A DNA stretch of 64,000 bases from a virus (Duplodnaviria; Caudoviricetes): positions 1-64,000 of IMG/VR virus record IMGVR_UViG_3300023218_000040. One strand, 5' to 3'. Shown here piece by piece: positions 7,625 to 17,006 of the stretch. Below the pieces are notes generated by a model. The model did no database searches. It saw only the letters and a program-made list of their open reading frames with translations, and was not told the origin of the DNA. Every line of letters begins with the position of its first letter. Positions within the stretch are counted from its first letter, which is position 1. The position numbers were made by a program, and so were the translations under genes.

Positions 7625-9571
7625 ATGTCAGTTTTTCAAACACTGCTAGGCACTAACCAAAATAGATTTCGTATCGGTCTAGTAGGACCAACAATCTACA
7701 CTGGAACCCCTAACCCAACAGTTACCCCACCCACGCCTGTAACTGATGGTTTTCGTGATGGTGATCTATACATCTGCACCTTGTCTGGCGCTGAAGCCAT
7801 CTGGCTCTTACAGAGCGGCACATGGGTGCAAGTTGGTGTTGGTGGTGGATCGTTTGTAGGCGACATCACCATGAACCCAGGAACACATATTTTTGGTGAC
7901 TCCACAGCTACCGCTACCGACCCTTCATTTACTTTTAATGGTGATCCCAACACAGGATTCTATCGAAGCGCTGTTGACGAGATTGGTATTTCCACAGCCG
8001 GAACTCAAAGATTTGCAGTAGAAGCTGATGGTACTCTTTCCGCAACGACTGTATCATACGAGACTCTGGTGCTGTCCGACAATGACATTCCGAATCGGAA
8101 GTTTGTTGTTGACAACTTCCTTGCCATAGCTGGAGATACGATGACTGGCGACTTGACGTTCGCATCATCAGCACAAGCTCTTCTCTCTAATGGTACCGCA
8201 GCAAACCCATCTATCACCTTCACCAGTGACTTGAATACTGGTCTGTTTTACCCTGCTGCTACTGGTGAGATTGCCATCTCTTCTAATGGAACAACTGTAG
8301 CCACGTTTTCTCCAAGCGGTCTAGAACTCGGAATTGGCAATCAGGTTGTCGGACCAAACGGAACCGCTGCTGTTCCTGATTACAGCTTTACTGGTGATCT
8401 CACAACAGGTGTATTTGGAACCGGTATCGCTGGACAAATTGGTTTTTCATCCGGTGGTTCACAAACCCTTCTATTGGATGCAACCACTGCATCAGGAACT
8501 CTTCTGTGGAGAGGAGGCGATGGTGTAGTAGAGACTCCAGCAATATCATTCAACTCCGATCCGGATACTGGATTCTTCTGGTCCTCTTCCGGAGTGGTCG
8601 AGTATTCGTCCAACGGATCAAGCTCCTTCGCTTTGGATGGAACTGCAATCGATGGAACCGTGTTCTGGCGTGGTGGTGATGGTACATCAGGCTTACCAGC
8701 GCTATCATTCAACTCCGATCCGGATACTGGCTTCTTTCTGTTGTCTTCAGGAACAATCGGTTTTTCATCCAACTCGTTCTCGTCGTTCGCCATTGATAAC
8801 ATTGCTATCGATGGAACCGTGTTCTGGCGTGGTGGTGATGGGTCCGCTGTAAGTCCAGCAATGTCATTCTCTTCAGCAACCGACACTGGATTGTTCTTGT
8901 CATTAGGTGGGGTAGTTATCTCTACCGGCGGCACTCAGAAGGTCAGTATTGAGTCCGATGGTACGTTGTCGGTTAACACACTTGGATACGAATCCTTGGT
9001 TCTTGCTAACAATGACATTCCAAACAAGCTGTATGTGGATAATCGTGCTCACACGGGACTCATAAACATCTGGGTTCCGGCCAAGGATATGACTCCAACT
9101 ACAACCGCAGGATGCGCTACTCTAACTCAAGTTGAGTTGATAGCTGGACAACCAGAACTTGAAGTCCTCGACTTTGATCAGTCATCTGATGAAAGTGCTC
9201 AGTTTAGCATTGCTATTCCAAACGGATGGGACAAAGGAAGCATCTTTTGGCAAGCATACTGGACTTCGGTATCTGCAACTACTGATAACGTGGCGTGGAG
9301 ACTTCAGGCAGTAGCAGTAGCGGATGGAGATCCAATCGCTGTAGCGTATGGTTCATTTGCTGAGGTCATTGATGCAGCACAAGGAACTGCTAATGACCTG
9401 TATGTATCAGCTATTTCAGACGCAACTCCGGTTGCTGGAACACCAACCAATAATGAGCTTGTGTACTTTAAGATCACTCGTAACACTGCAACTGGAACGA
9501 ACCTAGCTGCTGATGCACGACTGATTGGTGTCAAAATCTTCTATACTCGTGACCAGGGCAACGACGCTTAA
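7625..9571 (+). CDS. Tail fibre-like structural protein
   Basis: 648 aa; repeated PSxxFxxDxxTG and DIPNK modules; CTAAATAC late motif at 7585-7592. Confidence 0.8.
   Translation: MSVFQTLLGTNQNRFRIGLVGPTIYTGTPNPTVTPPTPVTDGFRDGDLYICTLSGAEAIWLLQSGTWVQVGVGGGSFVGDITMNPGTHIFGDSTATATDPSFTFNGDPNTGFYRSAVDEIGISTAGTQRFAVEADGTLSATTVSYETLVLSDNDIPNRKFVVDNFLAIAGDTMTGDLTFASSAQALLSNGTAANPSITFTSDLNTGLFYPAATGEIAISSNGTTVATFSPSGLELGIGNQVVGPNGTAAVPDYSFTGDLTTGVFGTGIAGQIGFSSGGSQTLLLDATTASGTLLWRGGDGVVETPAISFNSDPDTGFFWSSSGVVEYSSNGSSSFALDGTAIDGTVFWRGGDGTSGLPALSFNSDPDTGFFLLSSGTIGFSSNSFSSFAIDNIAIDGTVFWRGGDGSAVSPAMSFSSATDTGLFLSLGGVVISTGGTQKVSIESDGTLSVNTLGYESLVLANNDIPNKLYVDNRAHTGLINIWVPAKDMTPTTTAGCATLTQVELIAGQPELEVLDFDQSSDESAQFSIAIPNGWDKGSIFWQAYWTSVSATTDNVAWRLQAVAVADGDPIAVAYGSFAEVIDAAQGTANDLYVSAISDATPVAGTPTNNELVYFKITRNTATGTNLAADARLIGVKIFYTRDQGNDA
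8500..8840 (+). repeat. Intragenic repeats of the WRGGDG...FNSDPDTG module
   Basis: tcattcaactccgatccggatactgg occurs twice and atcgatggaaccgtgttctggcgtggtggtgatgg occurs twice. Confidence 0.8.
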
Positions 9572-10197
9572 TCCAAGTTTCGTGCAATCAACTGTGCGTG
9601 CAGAATAACTAGAAGAGCGAATGCCATTGCATGAGACTTCTTGAAGAAGTACCGCTTTGGATCATTGTCTGGATTTTCCTCGTCTATTTTCGTCCAAATT
9701 ATTTTCCTGATTTCCTCTCTTGGTTTACCAATAAGGTATCGCTTTCGTGGTCTGATTACAGCAAGAAGTATTGCAACGTCTTCCACAGACTGCGGAGGGT
9801 ACTGTTGGCAGATGCCAAGGTGTTTGGCAAGATGAGTTAGCTGATACCGATTGTCTTCATTGTAGAAAAAGCGTTCGTCAGTAAACCAAGACCAATTCAC
9901 AGGCTTATCAAGAAGCTCGTCAATTTCTTCGTTGGACTCGACCAGATCGTACACATGATTTGGGATCAGGTCTACCTTGAAGTAGCCCAGCTCTTCTGCG
10001 ATCTTGTATTCGAACGCCGACAGACCCGTTATTGGATCAATAGGAAGCTTCTGGAAGTAGATGCCAGTGTTGTGTGGCAGCAACCTTCCATTGTTTTCTT
10101 GAGATGCCCGGACAAAGTTTGACAGGAACGAGATTGCTTTATTCCGATCACTGACATCCAGGTCTACGTCAGGCAGTTCGGTCGCTGTCGGTATCAC
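9568..10197 (-). CDS. Minimal DNA polymerase III alpha (DnaE)-like catalytic-core protein
   Basis: PDVDLD, HNTGIYF, YFKVDL, P.SVED.A.LLAVIRP and FKKSHA are recognisable DnaE motifs in only 209 aa. GTG start with AGGAG SD. Confidence 0.8.
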   Translation of the reverse strand: MIPTATELPDVDLDVSDRNKAISFLSNFVRASQENNGRLLPHNTGIYFQKLPIDPITGLSAFEYKIAEELGYFKVDLIPNHVYDLVESNEEIDELLDKPVNWSWFTDERFFYNEDNRYQLTHLAKHLGICQQYPPQSVEDVAILLAVIRPRKRYLIGKPREEIRKIIWTKIDEENPDNDPKRYFFKKSHAMAFALLVILHAQLIARNLD

Positions 10198-10894
10198 CGT
10201 TGAAATGCTCCTGACATATCTTCTGTACTAGGTTACTAGTTTCCTTCTCGTCACGAACCTTGTCAATCCAATATGACAGGTTGATGTGATCGTCCAGAGC
10301 AAACTCAAGCTCGCCACTGAATCGAGCAACCAACTCATCCAAACATCGTTCATAGCCTAGAAGAACCCATGGGGACAACCGATTTTCACGAACCATGTTC
10401 AAAGCCTGTCCAGGAGTAATGCTGGAGAAAAACTCAACCTGTTCTATTCTGTGATCTTCACACCACACAGCGATGTTCTTGATCGTAGTTTCTACTTGCG
10501 ACTCTGGATCTTCAGTCTTACGAACGTACTCTCGGAATTGTTCCAAACGATCTTCACGATACCAGTCCTTCTCGGGGATATTATGATCCACCAGCCAATC
10601 CACATATTTGTAGCTGGATACCACATATTCCTGTGAAGAAAAATCAGCAAGTTTGACGAAGGCACTGTAGAACGGGGACTTGCAGAAATCCTCCATGTTC
10701 TTCATCTTGCCACTGCGAAGCAGACCGGTTCTACGCTGCCAGTGGTTGAATAAGCGATGGGCTCGGATTACAGTGATGTTGTTGCTATCGATGAAGCGCT
10801 GTTTCTTATCACACATGTGCTTCTCGAACCATGTTTTCCTCTTGAAGTCACGGTTACAGAATGTGCATCGATACTTTCGCTCTAGGAGTCCCAT
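10169..10894 (-). CDS. C2H2 zinc-finger-containing protein
   Basis: YRCTFCNRDFKRKTWFEKHMC at the N-terminus; lies in the replication operon. Confidence 0.7.
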   Translation of the reverse strand: MGLLERKYRCTFCNRDFKRKTWFEKHMCDKKQRFIDSNNITVIRAHRLFNHWQRRTGLLRSGKMKNMEDFCKSPFYSAFVKLADFSSQEYVVSSYKYVDWLVDHNIPEKDWYREDRLEQFREYVRKTEDPESQVETTIKNIAVWCEDHRIEQVEFFSSITPGQALNMVRENRLSPWVLLGYERCLDELVARFSGELEFALDDHINLSYWIDKVRDEKETSNLVQKICQEHFNGDTDSDRTA

Positions 10895-11394
10895 TATGCT
10901 TGTTTCCTCAGTGAGTCAAAGGATTTCTCTAGATCCCTGACATCTTTTGGTTGATATCCAAAGGATTCAGCTAGACGACCCATGGCAGCCTTACTGTTTG
11001 TTTTGCACCACAGAACGGTTTCACTCTCGTTTATGTCCACGTACTTATTGCTCAGTAAATCCAACATTTTGGATACCTGTCTAGCCTTTGTCGGTTTGAA
11101 GAACCTATGTCTAGTCTTTTTACCAAGACCACAACATGCTAGCAACTTCACTTGCAACTCCGGGTGGTCATACAAATCAAACCACCCCATGTTCCCTATC
11201 TGATTAAAGTTCTCGACCAATTCAGCATGATCCGCAGGATTATCCGATCCGGTCATCCACTGTGGAAGCATCCAGATTACGTTCTTTCTTAGTTCCTTCA
11301 GCATATCAGGGTCTTCCCGAAGAGCTTCGTAGATGCCAAGGTTGTTGTCATCCATGTAGGATAACACCGCAAATAGATCCAACTTCCCACTCAC
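10894..11394 (-). CDS. Hypothetical protein, possibly a clamp-loader small subunit (gp62-like)
   Basis: 166 aa, KLDLF N-terminus, coupled in the replication operon. The functional call is tentative. Confidence 0.4.
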   Translation of the reverse strand: MSGKLDLFAVLSYMDDNNLGIYEALREDPDMLKELRKNVIWMLPQWMTGSDNPADHAELVENFNQIGNMGWFDLYDHPELQVKLLACCGLGKKTRHRFFKPTKARQVSKMLDLLSNKYVDINESETVLWCKTNSKAAMGRLAESFGYQPKDVRDLEKSFDSLRKQA

Positions 11395-11897
11395 CAGATA
11401 TCACCGATTGGCCTGTACACTTCGAACTTGCTAGCCGAGAACATGGCACACAGAGGCCCCTTGTTGTTGTCTCCTGGGCGATCTCCCTCCCCCAAGGGAA
11501 CCACAAGCAAATCCTTGTCGCCAAGCTGTGGAGCCGTCCAAGTGGACTGAGGAAAGATGGTCCCTGTTCTCAAAGGTAGGAATTCTGGAGCATATCCGTC
11601 AAGTGGGTTCAGACAGAACACAGGGAACTGTTTTCCCCCCACATCCGACAGCGGAATAGATTGCAGGTATTCCATGTCGGTACACAAGACTGACCAATGC
11701 AACGGCATCACAATCTCATGGTTTCCAATTCGTAATGTGACAGAAGCAGATGAAAATTCTTCGAGGAACTGAATCATCTCAAAGAAGAAATCTGGCTCTT
11801 TCAAATTCTTGAAGCTCAGCACCGAATGATGTACTTCATCACCAACCGACATATTATCGGTATTGATTATTCCGTTTTCAACTGTCAGAACTAACAT
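11391..11897 (-). CDS. Phage hypothetical protein
   Basis: Likely start MLVLTVENG at 11897, overlapping the UvsW stop. The longer ORF-track extension overlaps UvsW and is unlikely. Confidence 0.7.
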   Translation of the reverse strand: MLVLTVENGIINTDNMSVGDEVHHSVLSFKNLKEPDFFFEMIQFLEEFSSASVTLRIGNHEIVMPLHWSVLCTDMEYLQSIPLSDVGGKQFPVFCLNPLDGYAPEFLPLRTGTIFPQSTWTAPQLGDKDLLVVPLGEGDRPGDNNKGPLCAMFSASKFEVYRPIGDIW

Positions 11898-13326
11898 TCT
11901 TGTACTCCACTTCAATGATTTCGAATTTTTGTTTCGCTTCTTTGTATAAGCTACGTCTTGTTGCTGCGTGCTTCTTGGAGAGGCCGGAATCACCACAGAT
12001 ATCAAACACGGTGAGATGCGTTTTGTCATCGGTTCTTCTAAGACCACGACCGAGCGTTTGCATAACCTTCTCAAACTTCTTACCGGGCTCTATAATAATT
12101 AGATTGAAGATACGTGGAATGTCAATACCAGTAGATGCAATACCGAACGTGCAGATCAATACGTTGTTATCGCCCTGATTAAATTTATCGTAAACCTCGG
12201 TACGATTTTTGTCTCTTCCGTCAAGAGATGTGGCTTCCGGAAGTGCCTCAGCTAGAATCTTGCCGTGTTTCCTGTATTGAACAAGAACCAACGTGTTACC
12301 CATGTTATTCGCTACTTCACGGATGGTCTCGGCCATGTAAAGAACACGATCTTTGTCGGTGAATATCCAATTCAATTCATCGGACCATGTTTCGTGATGA
12401 TCACATGACACCAAATAGGACTTATTCTTTGAGTCCTTCAATCTCATCTGATATATTTGAGCTTTAGCTAGAATGTTTTTGTGCTGCAATTCCCATGAGC
12501 GAAGAGTGAAGATGGTCTCTCCAAGGACGGCCAAGATTTGGCTACGTGCCAAGTCTTCCTTGGGTAAGGTTCCAGTGCAGCCAAATCTAAACGGTACATT
12601 GGCTGCTGGACCGGACAACATCTCGTTCAGTACCTTTGCCTTCGCTTGGTGAACTTCGTCTACAATGACTGTCATCACTCCGGAGAACAACTCCGGGAAA
12701 TGATCTAGAGATTGCCAAGTGGCAATGGTGACAGTCTTTCGATCCTTGATTTCACCATACCACATACCAGCATCAATACCTATTTGCTTGAAGGTGTATT
12801 GGGTCTGAACAACAAGATCAATATTTGGGACGATGACAACAACATTACCAACCTCGGAATAAATTTTTGACAACACACCACAGATGATAGTCTTTCCGCT
12901 ACCCGTGGCTAGTTCCAAGACGCCACCGCCATTTTCAATACCCTTATTGACAGCATTGACTTGATGCTCCCAGAGGATAATAGGCTTGCCATCCTTCTCG
13001 TACTCAGAAACAACCAACTCATTGATAAATTCAATCTTCTCGACTAGATCATCATAAGTCTGCCTCTTATCCTCTTGGATCTCGATGTCGTACCCAAGCT
13101 GACTAAGAGGATCAACGATGCGGTCAACCAAATTGAGATAGGTAGCCCCACTGGCCTTGAACAGACGAATCTTACCGTCCCACCTACCAAGTTTGTAAGC
13201 AGGCATGTGAATGTAGCCAGGAACCCAGAAGGTCAGTGCCTCCTGTGCTTTACTCATAGCCTCGGGGTCAAGTCCTTTTACCCTGACGTTGACTTCATCT
13301 TCAATGATTAGTTTTGCTGTTGGCAT
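11878..13326 (-). CDS. uvsW: UvsW-like SF2 DNA helicase
   Basis: LATGSGKT, VIVDEVH, GCTGT and QTLGRGLR motifs; start MPTAKL at 13326. Confidence 0.93.
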   Translation of the reverse strand: MPTAKLIIEDEVNVRVKGLDPEAMSKAQEALTFWVPGYIHMPAYKLGRWDGKIRLFKASGATYLNLVDRIVDPLSQLGYDIEIQEDKRQTYDDLVEKIEFINELVVSEYEKDGKPIILWEHQVNAVNKGIENGGGVLELATGSGKTIICGVLSKIYSEVGNVVVIVPNIDLVVQTQYTFKQIGIDAGMWYGEIKDRKTVTIATWQSLDHFPELFSGVMTVIVDEVHQAKAKVLNEMLSGPAANVPFRFGCTGTLPKEDLARSQILAVLGETIFTLRSWELQHKNILAKAQIYQMRLKDSKNKSYLVSCDHHETWSDELNWIFTDKDRVLYMAETIREVANNMGNTLVLVQYRKHGKILAEALPEATSLDGRDKNRTEVYDKFNQGDNNVLICTFGIASTGIDIPRIFNLIIIEPGKKFEKVMQTLGRGLRRTDDKTHLTVFDICGDSGLSKKHAATRRSLYKEAKQKFEIIEVEYKNVSSDS

Positions 13327-13987
13327 CAAATAGTTCTTCGTATCGTTGTAACCACACCACTTCGGTCTTCTTCCAATGATCATGTCTGGGACAGCGACGA
13401 ACCCAATCAAGCCATTCTTCGTTGTACGCTGGAGTCAAATCTATATTCAAAGCTCTCATTTTCGCCAAGAAAACAGGATTCTCTTCTGCCCACACTATCA
13501 TCTCAGAATGACTCATTTGAATATCGTAAACCCTTAGCTTTTGCATCTGTACTTCGATCCCAAATCTAGAACATATGACCTCTAGCAGCCGATGGTCAAT
13601 CTTTTCGTATTCTGATTTGAATGGTTCTTGGCTACGAATAGTTCGAGGTATATCCTTAATGTAACCTTCTGGGGCATCATGTAGCAGAGCAAACTTCTTC
13701 AAATGATCTGGAACAACGTAACTCAATGCAACACTGTGCCATGCTACTGAATATGGATACGGGGATTGATTTCCATATCTATACTCACAGGCAATCCCAT
13801 GAGCAATATCTTCTACAAAGATTTCGTCCTCATGTGGTTGAAGAGGCCACATAAACCTTCCACTAAAAGTCTGCAACGAATGGTGCATACTGCGCCCCCT
13901 GAGAGGTTGCCAGTATGCACCATTGTATACCCACTGGTCTCCATCTTTAGAGACCATATCCCCCGGTGTTACGCTCTCTTGATCCAT
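13301..13987 (-). CDS. HD-domain phosphohydrolase (YfbR-like 5'-deoxynucleotidase)
   Basis: DIAHG...R(Y)GN...YSVAWHSV...ALLHDAPEGYIKDIP. Confidence 0.85.
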   Translation of the reverse strand: MDQESVTPGDMVSKDGDQWVYNGAYWQPLRGRSMHHSLQTFSGRFMWPLQPHEDEIFVEDIAHGIACEYRYGNQSPYPYSVAWHSVALSYVVPDHLKKFALLHDAPEGYIKDIPRTIRSQEPFKSEYEKIDHRLLEVICSRFGIEVQMQKLRVYDIQMSHSEMIVWAEENPVFLAKMRALNIDLTPAYNEEWLDWVRRCPRHDHWKKTEVVWLQRYEELFDANSKTNH

Positions 13988-14517
13988 GTTTCCTCAATGC
14001 CTGCCACACGAAGGTCTTTGATTTGACTCAACGACATTCCTCTTTGGTCCAGCGATAGAACTACATTCTCAAGCTGATGCTGCTTGTTGGCTACGCATCT
14101 AATGAGGTCCGCTAGAAGCCTGGAATTCTCTTCTGCTGTGGTGAACTGCTTGGCATCCGTGGTGCTCACCTTTCCATACTCTGCCTTGGCATCAGGATCG
14201 GTGATATACCATTTGTATCGATCAGCGGTGTGACCTTCGTACACGGTGTCTAACCAGATACGAACTTGTTGAGCATCCGTGTATAAGGTGCGGTAGAAAA
14301 ACGCCAAACCTGGGGTCTCCATGATCAGAGTGTTTAGTTCCTTGTCCTCTAGAATACAATGCTGCTCAGCATCTTCTACGGCGTCACCCCAATACTCGGC
14401 TGCTGCCAGAATAACTTCAGAGAACTCCTTCATGTTCTCATCATCAGAAATGTCATTGAGACTGTCCCTGATCTGCTCGAAGAATACTCGTGACTTAAAC
14501 TTCGCCTTCTTCGCCAT
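13969..14517 (-). CDS. uvsY: UvsY-like recombination mediator
   Basis: Lies between UvsX and UvsW; helical, with C-terminal L.QIKDLRVAGIE. Start MAKKAKF at 14517. Confidence 0.65.
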   Translation of the reverse strand: MAKKAKFKSRVFFEQIRDSLNDISDDENMKEFSEVILAAAEYWGDAVEDAEQHCILEDKELNTLIMETPGLAFFYRTLYTDAQQVRIWLDTVYEGHTADRYKWYITDPDAKAEYGKVSTTDAKQFTTAEENSRLLADLIRCVANKQHQLENVVLSLDQRGMSLSQIKDLRVAGIEETWIKRA

Positions 14518-15673
14518 CGTTTGGCTCCTCCATGGTATGAACGTAATCTGCGGCTCCGGAGATATCCTCATCAGCTACAGACATCGCTTGCTCTGCGTGC
14601 TGTCTAAACTCCTTTTCACGAAATTTCACTTCAGTACCATCCTTATCCGTGAACGCACGCCATCCTTGCGATGGTGTGTACACAACACCCTCGGACATCA
14701 GAAGGTCGTACAGTCCTGAGTAGCGATCCATGCCACCGAGGTATGGGATCTGAATAGCCACCTTCTCGAACGGCTTGGATACACGGGATTTCAAGTTTTC
14801 GGCCTGAGAAATGATACCCGCAATTCTCTTTTTCTTCTTCTGGTCAGCAAGCTGTTTTTCCTTGATCTTCTCGTAATGCTCGGAGACAGCCTCGTCTTCT
14901 ACATCATCAGAGTAGAGTTCCTTCTTGTCCAGCATGAGAACACCAGAAGCAGCAAAAATCAGTTTGTGTCCACCTGTAGTCTTGTACTTGTGACCGATTG
15001 GACGACCAGTCGCCGGATGCTTTTCCTGGTTATCATAAATGTGAGCGATGCCAATTACCAGAATAGGAAGACCACCAACAAGATGATTGATCTTGGTGAT
15101 CAAATCACCCGTTTGTTTTGCCTTTTGTCCCTGATCTCCCTTCATAACACCAGACTGTGCAGCATCCCACTGCGACAATGTTAGAGCCATGGACCACGAA
15201 TCAATAACAAACACGATTGGTTGAATTTCATCACCAGCCTTCTGTGCATCACGCATAAACTTCACAGTCTTAGAAATCAGGTCGTTAATATCTTCAAGTG
15301 TAGCAGCGTTAGCATAACTGAAATTTTCATCGGAGGTATCGATGCCAGCACGCTGGAAGAACTTGGTACCTTCCTGTCCTGTGTTGGCCCGCTCGACATC
15401 GAACCAGACTACGTGTGCGCCATGATCACGCTGGGCGTGAGCGGACACGTATGCAGCCTGAAGAGACTTACCGGACCCAGAACTACCAAAATAGACGTAG
15501 TTACGTCCAAAAAGTAACCCGCCATTAAAGCGTCCGCTCATCATTCTGTTTAAAGCGTAGTTTCCGGTGTCGGCCCACAACTCACTCGTGTCAAATCCAA
15601 CCGATACGGTTTCGGACTTACTTGACATGAGCACGCTTCTTAGGCCAGCACCAAAGGACTTTTTCTTTGCCAT
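14495..15673 (-). CDS. uvsX: UvsX/RecA-like recombinase
   Basis: DTGNYALN..MSG, P-loop GSSGSGKS, FVIDSW, TTGG and KSRVSKPF motifs. Confidence 0.93.
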   Translation of the reverse strand: MAKKKSFGAGLRSVLMSSKSETVSVGFDTSELWADTGNYALNRMMSGRFNGGLLFGRNYVYFGSSGSGKSLQAAYVSAHAQRDHGAHVVWFDVERANTGQEGTKFFQRAGIDTSDENFSYANAATLEDINDLISKTVKFMRDAQKAGDEIQPIVFVIDSWSMALTLSQWDAAQSGVMKGDQGQKAKQTGDLITKINHLVGGLPILVIGIAHIYDNQEKHPATGRPIGHKYKTTGGHKLIFAASGVLMLDKKELYSDDVEDEAVSEHYEKIKEKQLADQKKKKRIAGIISQAENLKSRVSKPFEKVAIQIPYLGGMDRYSGLYDLLMSEGVVYTPSQGWRAFTDKDGTEVKFREKEFRQHAEQAMSVADEDISGAADYVHTMEEPNDGEEGEV

Positions 15674-15696
15674 AGTGATTTCCTTTGATAGACAGT

Positions 15697-15721
15697 AAGG
15701 GGGTGGCAAAGCCACCCCCTT
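15697..15721 (-). terminator. GC-rich hairpin between gp32 and uvsX (weak terminator or attenuator)
   Basis: AAGGGGGTGGC-aaa-GCCACCCCCTT is an 11-bp perfect stem with only a short U tail. Confidence 0.6.
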
Positions 15722-15734
15722 CTGTTCCTCCCCA

Positions 15735-16931
15735 TTAAGCAGACTTGTTTACTCGACTGCGGATCTTATCAGCAAGAGCCTGCACATTAGACACTGGTGA
15801 TGCGTCGTCCGTTGTGGACCCCTCAACACCGATATCATCGGTAGATGCCTCCACTGTCTCATCGTCAGCGTCCTTGGTCTTACCACGTTGTGCACGAAGC
15901 TTAGAAAGTGCGTCGCTTGCGCCGCCAGCTTTCTTGGCGTTATTATCTGCCTTGGCCTTTTGTGCAGTCGAAGTAACAGACTTGCTATCTCCGTCATCGC
16001 CGCTGCTGTCATCAGAGGATGACGAACTACGTGGCTTGATTGGCTTAAAGCCAGCTTCCTCCCACTCCTTCTGCCACACACCATTCTCGCCATGCAGCAT
16101 TCGGTCAATGGAAACCTTCATCATCTCGGCCAGAATATCGTACTGCTCGTCTGATGGACGATCAGGCAGCCTCTTGGTCAGATCGTGAAGACCGTATTTT
16201 GCAATGGCCGCAATCTGTTCTTCGTCAAGCGAGGTCATCTTGCTCTGCCACTGCGAACCAGCAGTCCAGTCAGCGTACTCACCACGCTGCATCTTCTTGA
16301 TGATGAAGTTATGTCCTTCGAACTTGTCGAGATTAATGGTGTTATCACCATCCAGAAGCGCAACCACGTCTTCCACGGTGAACTCACCAGTAGGAAGCTT
16401 CTCGAACGGATCTTCCTCATTCTCAAAAATCGAGTCGAAGATCTTCTTGTGAAGCATCTTGTTGACCGGGAAGACACGGATTGGGTTCTCAGGGATTTCG
16501 TTCTCGGACATACCTGCCTTGATAACGAAGCCCTGGTAGTAAAAGGTTGGCTTTTTCCAATGGAAACCGGCGATTCGTTTTAGCCTGTCGGCGTCAGCGG
16601 TTTGACCAGTGTTTCGTAGCTCCTTCTCCTCGCCATAAAGAGCACGAACTGGCGCAAGCACAGGGCACTTCTCGCCACGATCATACATCTCACGGCATGG
16701 AGCCATGAACTTCCAGACCTTCGTGCTATCCTCCGGACTGGTGAAGCTCATTGGAAGAAGAATACGCTCAGCCCAGAATGCTCCGGTAAACTGATCGTTG
16801 TAGGGAAGGAATCGTACAGTGGCGGCTGCGCCGAAGTTCAAATTCCAAAAAGGAAAGACAGAGTTGTCCTTCTCAAAGGATGGTTGGCGTTCCTTAACAC
16901 GCTTTTTCATTGCGTCAAGCATATTACTCAT
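15735..16931 (-). CDS. gp32: Single-stranded DNA-binding protein (T4 gp32-like)
   Basis: ATVRFLP, C..MY...CPV, acidic low-complexity C-terminal tail, adjacent to uvsX. Confidence 0.85.
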   Translation of the reverse strand: MSNMLDAMKKRVKERQPSFEKDNSVFPFWNLNFGAAATVRFLPYNDQFTGAFWAERILLPMSFTSPEDSTKVWKFMAPCREMYDRGEKCPVLAPVRALYGEEKELRNTGQTADADRLKRIAGFHWKKPTFYYQGFVIKAGMSENEIPENPIRVFPVNKMLHKKIFDSIFENEEDPFEKLPTGEFTVEDVVALLDGDNTINLDKFEGHNFIIKKMQRGEYADWTAGSQWQSKMTSLDEEQIAAIAKYGLHDLTKRLPDRPSDEQYDILAEMMKVSIDRMLHGENGVWQKEWEEAGFKPIKPRSSSSSDDSSGDDGDSKSVTSTAQKAKADNNAKKAGGASDALSKLRAQRGKTKDADDETVEASTDDIGVEGSTTDDASPVSNVQALADKIRSRVNKSA

Positions 16932-16932
16932 G

Positions 16933-17006
16933 ATAGAGTTCTCCTAAGTTCTGTGCAGTTCCTTTGGGTTCTGCAAAGGTTTATTAAGTTCTATAAGTTC
17001 TATAAG
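16933..17006 (-). repeat. Periodic GAAC repeats (about 10-nt period) in the gp32 mRNA leader
   Basis: Plus-strand GTTC at 16938, 16948, 16958, 16968, 16988 and 16997, with a degenerate copy near 16978. Confidence 0.8.

Noticed and set aside
8380-8934. 184-aa antisense ORF with repeats
   Set aside because: Shadow of the repetitive fibre gene on the opposite strand; no start signals.
13301-13987. DatZ / Z-genome signature
   Set aside because: The HD fold alone is not diagnostic, and no purZ or mazZ is visible in the window.
15745-16188. Ser-rich plus-strand ORF
   Set aside because: Antisense shadow of the low-complexity gp32 tail.
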